DNA of 64,000 nucleotides from Candidatus Amphrikana amoebophyrae. GTDB taxonomy: Bacteria > Chlamydiota > Chlamydiia > Chlamydiales > JACRBE01. The position numbers and the translations under genes are program-made. Where the stretch lies: the NCBI GenBank assembly GCA_030408475.1, contig JAUHQG010000010.1:81752-145751 (forward strand). The letters are read 5' to 3'. Of the stretch, positions 37,344-46,694 are shown one piece after another; within the stretch, counting starts at the first letter, position 1; each line of letters starts with the position of its first letter. The notes beneath the pieces are model-generated. The model searched no databases, was not told where the DNA came from, and saw only the letters and a program-made list of their open reading frames with translations.

Positions 37344-38008
37344 ATGAAAAAGTCGTCGAATTAAAAAATATTTCTAAAACCTTTCACCAACCTCATGAAA
37401 CTGAAATCTTATCTAATGTTTGCCTAACTGTTCATAAGGGCGAAACTATTGCAATTTCAGGACTTTCGGGAGAAGGTAAAAGCACCCTTTTACACCTCAT
37501 TGGACTTTTAGAAGCTCCCACTAGCGGAGACATTTTTTATGGAGGCAAATCTTATAAAAGAAGCTCTTTAACAGATTTGCGCCGCGAATACATTGGTTTC
37601 ATTTTTCAAGGATTTTATCTCCTTGAAGAAGAAACTGTTTTGAGTAACGTTTTAATGCCTGCAAAAATTGCTAAAAGACCGACTGGACCAAAAAGTGATG
37701 CTTACAAAAGATGTATTAAACTTTTAGACGAAGTTGGCCTTAGCGATAGAATCGACTACCCTGCTAAATTACTATCCGGTGGAGAAAAGCAACGCGTTGC
37801 TATTGTTCGCGCTTTTTGTAACGATCCTCCTCTTATATTAGCTGATGAGCCTACAGGAAATCTCGATCAAACTCACTCAGAAGCTATCCAAAATTTACTG
37901 ATCAATTGCTGCAAAAAATTGGGTAAATCACTTATTCTTGTTACGCATGATCACTCTTTTGCTGACTTATGCGAAAAGCAATACTATTTAAAAAACAAAA
38001 CCATTTAG
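37340..38008 (+). CDS. lolD: ABC transporter ATP-binding protein (LolD/MacB-type)
   Basis: GLSGEGKST Walker [24 protein letters not shown] overlap with the permease gene. Confidence 0.75.
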   Translation: MNEKVVELKNISKTFHQPHETEILSNVCLTVHKGETIAISGLSGEGKSTLLHLIGLLEAPTSGDIFYGGKSYKRSSLTDLRREYIGFIFQGFYLLEEETVLSNVLMPAKIAKRPTGPKSDAYKRCIKLLDEVGLSDRIDYPAKLLSGGEKQRVAIVRAFCNDPPLILADEPTGNLDQTHSEAIQNLLINCCKKLGKSLILVTHDHSFADLCEKQYYLKNKTI

Positions 38009-38015
38009 GTGATCT

Positions 38016-39347
38016 ATGCAATTACTCGTGATTGGAACAGGATACGTAGGACTTGTAACAGGCACTTGTTTCTCAGAAATGGGTCACCATGTCACTTGTC
38101 TCGATATTGACAAAGAAAAAATTGAAAACCTTAAAAGAGGGATGATCCCTATTTACGAGCCAGGACTTACCGAACTGGTTATCAAAAATATGGACGCTCG
38201 TCGCTTAAAATTCACCACTTCTTATGAAGATGGCATTCGAGACGCTAAAGTTTGTTTTATCGCTGTTCCTACTCCTTCATCAAATGATGGCGCGTGTGAC
38301 CTCTCATTTGTCTTAGCGGCAGCAAAAACAATTGGTCAATTAATGGATCACGACTTAATTGTTGTTAATAAATCAACTGCACCACCTCATACTGCTCACA
38401 ACATTGCATCAGTTATACACGCTGAACTTGAGAAAAGAGGAGTCGATTTCAAATTTGAAGTAGTTTCTAACCCTGAATTTTTAAAAGAAGGGAGCGCTGT
38501 ATCTGATTGCATGAAACCAGACCGTATCATTATAGGCAGCGATAACGAACAAGCTGGACAACAGGTGAAAGCTCTCTACTCATCATTTTCTCTCAATCAC
38601 GACCGCATCCTCATAATGTCTACAGTTTCTGCTGAGCTTACTAAATATGCTGCCAATGTAATGTTAGCTTCTCGCATATCCCTTATGAATGAACTCGCCA
38701 GAGTTTGTGATAAAACTGGAGCCAATATCCATGATGTCCGTATTGGAATCGGTTCTGACAAAAGAATTGGATACCACTTTTTATATGCTGGGGTTGGATA
38801 TGGCGGATCGTGCTTTCCAAAAGACATAAAAGCTTTAGCTAAAATCGCTTATGACCTTGATATTGAAACTCCTATGCTTAAAGCAATTGAAACTGTTAAT
38901 CATCAACAAAAAAGACTTTTATGTAAAAAAATTGGAACTCATTTTGGAGACGACCTCTCTAATTGTTGTATCGCTATTTGGGGACTATCTTTTAAGCCCG
39001 ACACCGATGATATTCGCGACGCACCTGCTTTGCAATTAATTGAAGATTTACTTTCTCGTAATGCCAAAGTTAAACTATATGACCCCATTTCGATGAGCCA
39101 TGTAAAAAAATGCTTCCCACCATCTGATCAAATCGAGTATGCTGATTCTGAATATGAAGCAGCTAATGGCGTGGATGCTATTGCGCTTGTCACAGAATGG
39201 AAACAATTTAGATTTCTTGATCTAAATAAAGTTGGTCAAAAAATGCGCTCTAAAGTATTTTTTGATGGACGCAATCAGTACAAACCTAGCCAATTAAAAG
39301 AGGAAGGGTTTGTCTACTATGGAATGGGAGTCCCAAACAAAGAATGA
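38016..39347 (+). CDS. ugd: UDP-glucose 6-dehydrogenase
   Basis: VIGTGYVGLVTGTCFSEMGH Rossmann N-terminus, GGSCFPKD catalytic Cys motif. 443 aa. Confidence 0.85.
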   Translation: MQLLVIGTGYVGLVTGTCFSEMGHHVTCLDIDKEKIENLKRGMIPIYEPGLTELVIKNMDARRLKFTTSYEDGIRDAKVCFIAVPTPSSNDGACDLSFVLAAAKTIGQLMDHDLIVVNKSTAPPHTAHNIASVIHAELEKRGVDFKFEVVSNPEFLKEGSAVSDCMKPDRIIIGSDNEQAGQQVKALYSSFSLNHDRILIMSTVSAELTKYAANVMLASRISLMNELARVCDKTGANIHDVRIGIGSDKRIGYHFLYAGVGYGGSCFPKDIKALAKIAYDLDIETPMLKAIETVNHQQKRLLCKKIGTHFGDDLSNCCIAIWGLSFKPDTDDIRDAPALQLIEDLLSRNAKVKLYDPISMSHVKKCFPPSDQIEYADSEYEAANGVDAIALVTEWKQFRFLDLNKVGQKMRSKVFFDGRNQYKPSQLKEEGFVYYGMGVPNKE

Positions 39348-40237
39348 ACACTTTTGAGGAAACAAAGAAGCTTATTGAATCAACTTTAAGCGATCTGCTC
39401 GCCCTCAAAAAAGTGGATCACAACGCTCTATATCAAGCAGCCAGATACTCTACCCTCTCTTGCGCAAAAAGACTACGCCCTCTAATCGTTATTGAGCTAG
39501 CTAAAAGCTTTGGCGCTCCTACTCATCATGCATTAAAATGCGCTTGCGCTATCGAATTAATTCATACTTATACGTTAATACATGACGATCTTCCCTGTAT
39601 GGATGATGAAACTGAAAGAAGAGGTAAACCACCTCTTCACCACGCTTTTCCTGAGGGTGCTGCTGTATTAACTGGAGATTTTTTACTTACCTATCCATTT
39701 GAAATTATTTCTTCCGAAGAGATTTTATCCCCAGCAATGAGAGTAGATTTGATTCAAGCTCTATCTAAAAGAATCGGTGGAGAAGGAGTCATTGCAGGAC
39801 AACTATTAGATCTCTATGGAGAGATAAAAAATCAAGACCAGTTTAAAACTATGGTCTTAAGAAAAACAGCCGATCTATTTAGTGCATGTTTTGAATTTGG
39901 AGCTATTATTGGAAAAGTGAGCCAAATCGATAGAGATAATCTAAAGGAATTTGGACAAGTCTTTGGATTAGCTTTCCAATATATAGACGATCTTGAGGAT
40001 GATAATGAATATTCTAGCGACTATATTCAAGATAAAACGACTGCTACTACTATCTTTGGTATAGAAGGACTTCACCTTGAAATCAATCAACTCATAAATA
40101 AAATGCGTAAGATTGAAAGCTGTTTTAACAATGAATTACTCAAGTTTTTAATAACTTTTATAAATGATAAACTTAATTCTTTTCTTTTGGGAAAACCTCA
40201 AATACAAGAACTGGCTGCGAAAAACCTTTTAAGGTAA
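39344..40237 (+). CDS. ispA: polyprenyl (farnesyl/geranylgeranyl) diphosphate synthase
   Basis: First DDxxD-type motif LIHDDLPCMDDETERRGKP and second motif FQYIDDLED. Confidence 0.8.
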   Translation: MNTFEETKKLIESTLSDLLALKKVDHNALYQAARYSTLSCAKRLRPLIVIELAKSFGAPTHHALKCACAIELIHTYTLIHDDLPCMDDETERRGKPPLHHAFPEGAAVLTGDFLLTYPFEIISSEEILSPAMRVDLIQALSKRIGGEGVIAGQLLDLYGEIKNQDQFKTMVLRKTADLFSACFEFGAIIGKVSQIDRDNLKEFGQVFGLAFQYIDDLEDDNEYSSDYIQDKTTATTIFGIEGLHLEINQLINKMRKIESCFNNELLKFLITFINDKLNSFLLGKPQIQELAAKNLLR

Positions 40238-42584
40238 TAGCTTTCAATTCTGTAAATGAAATGGCTTCTTTTACTTTGTAAGACTCTAGAGTTTCTTTTG
40301 AAATTAATAATTGCATTTCTTTGGCAAAAGAACATAATCTAGCTGCTAAATTCACATTGGCGCCAAGCACAGTATAATTCATTCTATTTTCAGCCCCCAT
40401 GTTTCCAGCAACAACAATTCCAGTATGAATCCCAACACCAATATCAAAGGTTAATTTACTCTCCCCTTTTCGATGTCGATTAAATTCCCTAACCCTCTCA
40501 ATCATAGCAAGTCCGCATTCAACGGCTCTAAAAGCGCTCTCATCAGAAGAAAGAGGTGCCCCAAAAAGTGCCATCACTTGATCACCTACATATTTATCTA
40601 TAACACCATTATGCTCGTCAACGATTTTTGATAACAACGTCATATAAACATTTAACACTTTAATTAACTCTGCTGGAGGGATTTTTTCAGTCAATTCAGT
40701 AAAATGTCGAACATCTACAAAAAGAGTCGTGACAATCTTTTCTTCTCCACCAAGCTCAACTTGACCCTCTAAAATCTTATTTGCTATTTCAGGCGAAACT
40801 ACCTTATTTAACACCCCTTTTACCTTCTCTTTCTCTTTAAGACCAATAATCATATCGTGAAAAGATCGATATAGATCGCCAATTTCATCTTTTGTATCAT
40901 GGTCTTGTAAAGAAAGCTCAACTTTCTCTAAATCACCCTCTTTCACTTTCCTAGCTGAGTCAGCTAATATAGTAATTGGAGTCGTCACTTTTCTTGAAAC
41001 GAAATGGATAACGAACATCACAATGATAATAGTTAAAAGACCAATGATTGACATTTGAAAGGAAATCTGACGGCTTAACTTTTTAGCTACCGAAGAAGCT
41101 AGATCTAGTAAAACAAATTCTTTATTTTTTGTATTAAATAAAATAACTCGTACATTGTCATCGACAATTGGCCTTACTGAAATATAGTAATATTCCTTAC
41201 CTAATTTACTTTTGAAAACCCCTTGGTCTTTCTTTAATATCTCTACTAATGGAAAGCTCCCATTTTTATACGTGAATTCCACCCCATGAACATCATAAGA
41301 TTTAATCACTTGGCCATTAACAACTAAAAGCGCATTATCCTCAGAAGCTACAGTCAAACCTTTTAATATATTTCGGATATCGACACCAAGAGTTAGGGTT
41401 CCTTGGTTAATTGAGGAATCATTTATAGAATCAAATCCAGTTGTCTCTCCAATGAATACTCTTCCAGCATCAGCTGTAAACACTTGATCAGTCAATCTCT
41501 CAATTTGTCTATCAAAAAAAAGCGATTCAGTTAAAATCGACTTCCCTATCACCTGATCTTTAACAATATGACTAATCCCTTTTGGCGCACTAAAAGCTAG
41601 AGGATCATAATCATGAATTCCTGTTGCATTGAGAGCTAAAATCTGCCAAATTAAATTAACTTGATCATATCGATCAATCATAATTTGATCAATATTATAG
41701 AGTTCGTTATGCCCGCTTACAACATCATATTGATTTTCAAATTGCTCATGTAACCACTCTTTTTTGGTATACGAAAGCTTTTGCGCTAATTGAGGGTTTT
41801 CTTTTAAATGTTTTTGAGCCTTTACTAGCCCTTGTTTCACTAATTCAACAGACTCTGCTAAAGCCGATAATTGCTCAAAATTAAGTTTTGTATCTGTTAA
41901 ATGTTTAGAAAAAGCTATCACTTTAAATTCTTCTATCTTCTTGTTCACAGATTCTAAATCGAACTCCATCACATAGCGAGGATCGTAAAATAAATAGAAG
42001 TTCAGCTCAGGATTAGCTTGAGCCATTGGCGAAGATATGTTGGGATACTTTACATATGACAATGAGTTAAATGGGAATGGAATAGCAATAAACGGCCCTT
42101 CTAATTCTTTACCAGGAAGTTGAGGGTCAACAACTGCTATTTTTATATCCTCCAAAAATGGTAAATTGAGAACATGATACGGAGGCGGTTCATCGAGAAT
42201 AATCAAAGACGAGAGTTTTTCATTGTTAATATTTTGAATAAGATCGAGTCTTTTATTATTTGACAACAAGGTTGCCGCGGATAGCCACGTATTAGTTTGT
42301 AAATTAAATTCAGACGGTTTGAATGCATCAGCCCAATACGTGGCTGATTTAACCCTTTGTAGCAAAGCTCTAGTTTTAGCTTGGGCATACTGAAGTTCTG
42401 TCTTCATGTATACTTCGACAGCATTCCTCTTGTTACTATTGCGATGAGATATTTGCTTATCAATTTGCAATTCGCTTTTCTTAACTAATTTTGTCGTGAC
42501 GATTTCATCGAGAATTTGAGCTACGAGAAAAGAAATGACAAAAATGCCACCGATAAGGAGAAAGATTTTCGTTCTTAACTTCAC
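40173..42584 (-). CDS. membrane-bound class III adenylate/guanylate cyclase with large periplasmic sensor domain and HAMP
   Basis: TM1 (aa 5-25), about 480 aa extracytoplasmic, TM2, HAMP (PITILADSARKVKEGDL...DEIGDLYRSFHDM), cyclase domain (TTLFVDVRHFTELTE...KYVGDQVMALFGAP...GIHTGIVVAGNMG). Confidence 0.8.
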   Translation of the reverse strand: MKLRTKIFLLIGGIFVISFLVAQILDEIVTTKLVKKSELQIDKQISHRNSNKRNAVEVYMKTELQYAQAKTRALLQRVKSATYWADAFKPSEFNLQTNTWLSAATLLSNNKRLDLIQNINNEKLSSLIILDEPPPYHVLNLPFLEDIKIAVVDPQLPGKELEGPFIAIPFPFNSLSYVKYPNISSPMAQANPELNFYLFYDPRYVMEFDLESVNKKIEEFKVIAFSKHLTDTKLNFEQLSALAESVELVKQGLVKAQKHLKENPQLAQKLSYTKKEWLHEQFENQYDVVSGHNELYNIDQIMIDRYDQVNLIWQILALNATGIHDYDPLAFSAPKGISHIVKDQVIGKSILTESLFFDRQIERLTDQVFTADAGRVFIGETTGFDSINDSSINQGTLTLGVDIRNILKGLTVASEDNALLVVNGQVIKSYDVHGVEFTYKNGSFPLVEILKKDQGVFKSKLGKEYYYISVRPIVDDNVRVILFNTKNKEFVLLDLASSVAKKLSRQISFQMSIIGLLTIIIVMFVIHFVSRKVTTPITILADSARKVKEGDLEKVELSLQDHDTKDEIGDLYRSFHDMIIGLKEKEKVKGVLNKVVSPEIANKILEGQVELGGEEKIVTTLFVDVRHFTELTEKIPPAELIKVLNVYMTLLSKIVDEHNGVIDKYVGDQVMALFGAPLSSDESAFRAVECGLAMIERVREFNRHRKGESKLTFDIGVGIHTGIVVAGNMGAENRMNYTVLGANVNLAARLCSFAKEMQLLISKETLESYKVKEAISFTELKAITLKGFSQPVLVFEVFPKEKN

Positions 42585-42697
42585 AGCAAATACTCATTAT
42601 ACATAAATATTGTACATATAACTAAGAGCAGATGAAATGAAAAGAAAAATATCAAGTCCAGCTTTTCCAATATTCTCATTTTTCATTCATTTACCTG

Positions 42698-42727
42698 TTG
42701 AAAAATTTCCTATGATTCATTTACAAT
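42698..42727 (+). promoter_or_regulatory. candidate promoter of the sugar-transferase gene
   Basis: TTGAAA (42698-42703), 18 nt, TACAAT (42722-42727), 37 nt upstream of the ATG. Consensus match only. Confidence 0.3.
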
Positions 42728-42764
42728 AGTCGACAATACCCAGTTTTAGCCCACTAGACTCAAT

Positions 42765-43424
42765 ATGAAAAACCAACCAACTAAACTATACTTATTTGGC
42801 AAGCGCTTATTTGATATCTTGTTTAGCATACTCGTTCTCATATTTGGTTCTCCTATTTTTTTTGCTATTGCACTTTTAGTCAAGTTAACCTCAAAGGGAC
42901 CTGCCTTTTACTCTTGCATCAGAGTAAAAGAGAGCTTCAAAACTTTCTCTATTTTTAAATTTAGAACCATGTATTGCGATGCTGATGAAAGACTCATTAA
43001 AATGCTCGATGAAGATGAAGAAGTGAGAAAAGAGTGGGCTCAATATTATAAACTTAAGAATGATCCGCGCATTACTAAAGTAGGGCACTTTTTACGTAAA
43101 ACTTCTCTTGATGAATTACCCCAATTTATCAATGTATTACTCGGTGATATGAGTTTAGTCGGACCAAGACCTTTTGCACCAGTAAAAAAAGATTGCTCCA
43201 TCAAAGAAGAACTCACTCAATATTTAGGCTATGATGGGTTGGCAATTTTTTCTATTAAACCGGGATTAACTGGTCTATGGCAAACTTCAGGTCGCAGCAA
43301 TTTAACCTTAGAGCAAAGGATTAAATTAGACGTAGAATACATAGAGAAACGAAATTTTCTTTTGGATCTAAGGTTGATTGCAAAAACAGTTCCCCTTATG
43401 ATAAATCCAAAAGGTGCTTATTAA
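42765..43424 (+). CDS. bacterial sugar transferase (undecaprenyl-phosphate hexose-1-phosphate transferase, WbaP/EpsL C-terminal-domain type)
   Basis: N-terminal TM, then FKFRTM...[37 protein letters not shown]. Confidence 0.8.
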   Translation: MKNQPTKLYLFGKRLFDILFSILVLIFGSPIFFAIALLVKLTSKGPAFYSCIRVKESFKTFSIFKFRTMYCDADERLIKMLDEDEEVRKEWAQYYKLKNDPRITKVGHFLRKTSLDELPQFINVLLGDMSLVGPRPFAPVKKDCSIKEELTQYLGYDGLAIFSIKPGLTGLWQTSGRSNLTLEQRIKLDVEYIEKRNFLLDLRLIAKTVPLMINPKGAY

Positions 43425-43427
43425 TTA

Positions 43428-43946
43428 ATGTCTCTATCTTGGCTTATTACTTACTCTCTTCTTTCTCAATTTGTATTATTTAGATTTTTACCTAATACAC
43501 TTATTATCGCCCCCATTTTTGCCCTCGCTTGGGGAGTTAAAAAATTGCAAATGCCTTCTTTGCTCTTGCTAGCTCTTTTCTTAGGCCTTTTTTTTGATCT
43601 CTTCTCATCTTCTCTTCCTGTGGGTTCTCATCCCCTGATTTTCATCTTGTCAGCCTTGATCATAAGACAATTTCACCACTATTTTTATGACGATAAACTT
43701 ATCACAATTACGGTTCTTTCTCTCACTTTCTCTCTTTTTACCAATCTATTTACTATCATTGTTCATATTATCAATTCACAAATTTTTCAAATTAACCCCC
43801 TTTTTGTTGTATCAGAAATTATTATTCCTTCTCTGCTTGATGCTGTTTTTTGTATTATTTCTACTCTCATTTTTAAAGCGACGCTCCCTGTTATCAAATG
43901 GATTGCAAGCAAGTTCACTAAACGAATAAACCCGCGAGCTATATAA
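43428..43946 (+). CDS. polytopic membrane protein, function unknown (MreD-like size and topology, not established)
   Basis: 172 aa with about 5 hydrophobic segments. No diagnostic motif. No mreBC neighbours. Confidence 0.45.
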   Translation: MSLSWLITYSLLSQFVLFRFLPNTLIIAPIFALAWGVKKLQMPSLLLLALFLGLFFDLFSSSLPVGSHPLIFILSALIIRQFHHYFYDDKLITITVLSLTFSLFTNLFTIIVHIINSQIFQINPLFVVSEIIIPSLLDAVFCIISTLIFKATLPVIKWIASKFTKRINPRAI

Positions 43947-44740
43947 TGAACCATTCATTATCCGAATTAAGCCAATTTTCTATAGAGTTAGCTCTTGAAG
44001 CTGGAAGAATCTTAAAAGAAGGCTACGGCTCTTCTTTTTCCATTAAAACTAAAAGTGGTAGGCACGATCTTGTTACAGATTATGACTACAAAGCTGAAGA
44101 ATATATTTTAAGCGCGATTAAAAAAAAGTATCCCAAACATGGCGTGTTATCTGAAGAAGCTGGCTCTTTACCTTCAAGTGATTCTGAAGTTCTTTGGATT
44201 ATAGATCCTCTTGATGGCACTGTCAATTTTGCTCATAGCATTCCTATGTTTGCCACTAGTATAGCCGCTTCATTTAAAGGCGAATTAATTTGTGGAGCAA
44301 TTTTTAATCCCATTACAAATGAACTTTTTTCTGCTCAAAAAGGGCACGGTTCTTTTTTAAACAAAAATAAGATAACGGTCTCTGCTACAGACTCTTTTGA
44401 ACACGCCTTCTTAGCTACGGGATTCCCCTATAACATTGAGACAAATCCTGAGCACTGTATTGAACATTTAAATCATATTTTAAGTCTTGGTATACCATTA
44501 AGGCGTATTGGATCTGCAGCTATTGATTTAGCTTACATAGCAGCTGGACGATTTGACGCTTTTTGGGAAGTTGTTCTTCATCCATGGGATTTCGCAGCTG
44601 GCGCCCTCATAATTGAAGAAGCAGGCGGCAAAGTAACTCAAATGAAAGGTGAGCCACTAGTACTAACTGAACGCAATACTATTGCAGCAAGCAATTTTAC
44701 ACTTCATAACAAAATTTTGACCCATTTAAGACTTCCATAA
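43946..44740 (+). CDS. suhB: inositol monophosphatase family protein
   Basis: SEEAG...WIIDPLDGTVNFAH...WDFAAG motifs. Confidence 0.8.
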   Translation: MNHSLSELSQFSIELALEAGRILKEGYGSSFSIKTKSGRHDLVTDYDYKAEEYILSAIKKKYPKHGVLSEEAGSLPSSDSEVLWIIDPLDGTVNFAHSIPMFATSIAASFKGELICGAIFNPITNELFSAQKGHGSFLNKNKITVSATDSFEHAFLATGFPYNIETNPEHCIEHLNHILSLGIPLRRIGSAAIDLAYIAAGRFDAFWEVVLHPWDFAAGALIIEEAGGKVTQMKGEPLVLTERNTIAASNFTLHNKILTHLRLP

Positions 44741-44785
44741 ATTGTAAATTTAGGCTAATATAGTGAAAATTTTAGCGAGATCAAC

Positions 44786-45640
44786 ATGATAATTGACGGG
44801 AAGAAAATAGCAGCTGAATATCGTAAAGAAATTCAAGATGAAATTAAATCTATGGGGGGAAGACCTCCTGGTCTTGCTGTTATTTTAGTTGGTAAAGATC
44901 CTGCTTCAGAAACCTACGTTAAAAATAAGCAAAAAGCTTGCTCAGAAGTGGGCATTGTCTCTAAAACTTATAATTTAGATGAAAATATTGAAGAGGCAGA
45001 GCTTCTTGCTACCATTCAAATGCTTAATCTCGACCCAGAAATAGACGGCATATTAGTCCAACAACCTTTGCCTGACCACTTAAACACGATGAAAATCGTT
45101 GAAGAGGTCTTGCCTGAAAAAGATGTTGATGGTTTTCACCCTCTAAACCTTGGCAGAGTGATGATTGGTGATCCTCGCGGCTTTGTCCCTTGCACACCTC
45201 TTGGCATATTGAAATTAATGGAAAAAAGCAATATCGACCCTGATTCTAAACGAGTTGTCATTGTAGGAAGAAGCAATATTGTAGGTAAGCCACTTGCCTC
45301 CTTACTGATGCAAAAAAGAAATGGGTGCAATGCAACCGTTACAGTTGTCCATAGTAAAAGTCAAAATTTCCATAAAATCTGCGCTCATGCTGAAATATTA
45401 ATAACAGCCATAGGCAAACCTGAGTTTATTACAGATAAATACATCCAAAAGGGAGCTATTGTTATTGATGTTGGTATAAACCGTGTCACTCAAAATGGCA
45501 AATCGACACTTGTTGGTGATGTTGATTTCGAAAAAGCTTCACAAGTAGCGTCTCAGATTACACCTGTACCCGGCGGCGTGGGTCCTATGACGATTGCTAT
45601 GCTTCTTTATAACACATTAAAAAGTCGAAAAAACCGATGA
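44786..45640 (+). CDS. folD: bifunctional methylenetetrahydrofolate dehydrogenase / methenyl-THF cyclohydrolase
   Basis: IIDGKKIA...PGLAVILVG...YVKNKQKAC...DVDGFHPLNLG...PCTP...VVIVGRSNIVGKP...TPVPGGVGPMT. Confidence 0.9.
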   Translation: MIIDGKKIAAEYRKEIQDEIKSMGGRPPGLAVILVGKDPASETYVKNKQKACSEVGIVSKTYNLDENIEEAELLATIQMLNLDPEIDGILVQQPLPDHLNTMKIVEEVLPEKDVDGFHPLNLGRVMIGDPRGFVPCTPLGILKLMEKSNIDPDSKRVVIVGRSNIVGKPLASLLMQKRNGCNATVTVVHSKSQNFHKICAHAEILITAIGKPEFITDKYIQKGAIVIDVGINRVTQNGKSTLVGDVDFEKASQVASQITPVPGGVGPMTIAMLLYNTLKSRKNR

Positions 45641-46602
45641 AATGGTTAATCCTACCCCTCATTTTCCTATTTGCCTGCAAAAAAAATGAGCAAGAGGAAA
45701 TTGCCCAATTTCAAGGTGTGGCTATGACCATGCCCTATCAAATCAAAATAGCAAAACCTCTTTCAATTTCTGAGAAAAAATCGGTTCAATCCATGATTGA
45801 CCAAACTTTTGATCGTATCAACAAAAATGTCAATCACTGGAATCCCAACTCTGAACTCTCTAAAATCAATCAGCTTAAGTCTTATGAAGCTCTTTTGGTA
45901 TCTGATGATATTCGTGCCCTTTTTACTCTAGCTATTCAACTTAATAAGATAAGCAATGAAAAATTCGACCCCTCTTTATGCCCTCTTTTAAAGCAACTTA
46001 AATCCAATCAAGCAATTGACACTTCTGTCAGTATAGGGCTCAATAAATTTAAACTGAAAGGACATGTTCTTACTAAAGAACTTACCCATCTTCAATTAGA
46101 CTTCGATGCTATTGCAAAAGGGTATGCTGTAGATATTTTGAGTAAAAACTTAGCCAAAATGGGGTATGAAAACACTTTCGTTGTTTGGGGTGGAGAAATC
46201 AAAGCAAAGGGAGCTCCGAGTAAACTTCGAAATTGGAACATCTCAATACGTTCGCCACACTCACCCCATATCCAAGACTCAATAGCAATAGTCCCACTAG
46301 TTGATGAATCGATAGCCACGAGTGGTGACTATGAACAACAATTTACTTTGAATTCCTCAACAAAAAAACTAGTGACACACATAATTGACCCCATATCAAA
46401 AAAAGCGCTAGAGATAACAGATGATTCTATAGCCGCTGTTTCTGTAAAAGCAACTAGTTGCGCCTTAGCTGACGGCTTAGCTACTGCTACAATGCTTATG
46501 AAAGGTGAAGAACTCTCTAGTTGGTTAATAAAAATAAAAAAAGAACATCCCGAAATTGATATTTGGGTTATTAGACATAATGGAAGTAGCGATATCAACT
46601 AA
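45637..46602 (+). CDS. apbE: FAD:protein FMN transferase (ApbE), lipoprotein
   Basis: Lipobox LIFLFAC. FDAIAKGYAVD and ATSGDYEQ motifs. ATGA overlap with folD. Confidence 0.8.
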   Translation: MKWLILPLIFLFACKKNEQEEIAQFQGVAMTMPYQIKIAKPLSISEKKSVQSMIDQTFDRINKNVNHWNPNSELSKINQLKSYEALLVSDDIRALFTLAIQLNKISNEKFDPSLCPLLKQLKSNQAIDTSVSIGLNKFKLKGHVLTKELTHLQLDFDAIAKGYAVDILSKNLAKMGYENTFVVWGGEIKAKGAPSKLRNWNISIRSPHSPHIQDSIAIVPLVDESIATSGDYEQQFTLNSSTKKLVTHIIDPISKKALEITDDSIAAVSVKATSCALADGLATATMLMKGEELSSWLIKIKKEHPEIDIWVIRHNGSSDIN

Positions 46603-46694
46603 AACCACTTAATCTACACAACCCAGGTTTAAAAGCGGCGATTAATTACTAAGTGTGTTAACCTACAATTTAAGTAACTAAATACTGTGGATAC

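Noticed and set aside
43687-43929. An 80-aa same-strand ORF in another frame inside the 172-aa membrane-protein gene. A similar case is 49501-49689 across the DUF502 junction.
   Set aside because: These are Leu/Phe-rich frame shadows of T-rich membrane-protein coding sequence. No independent start context.
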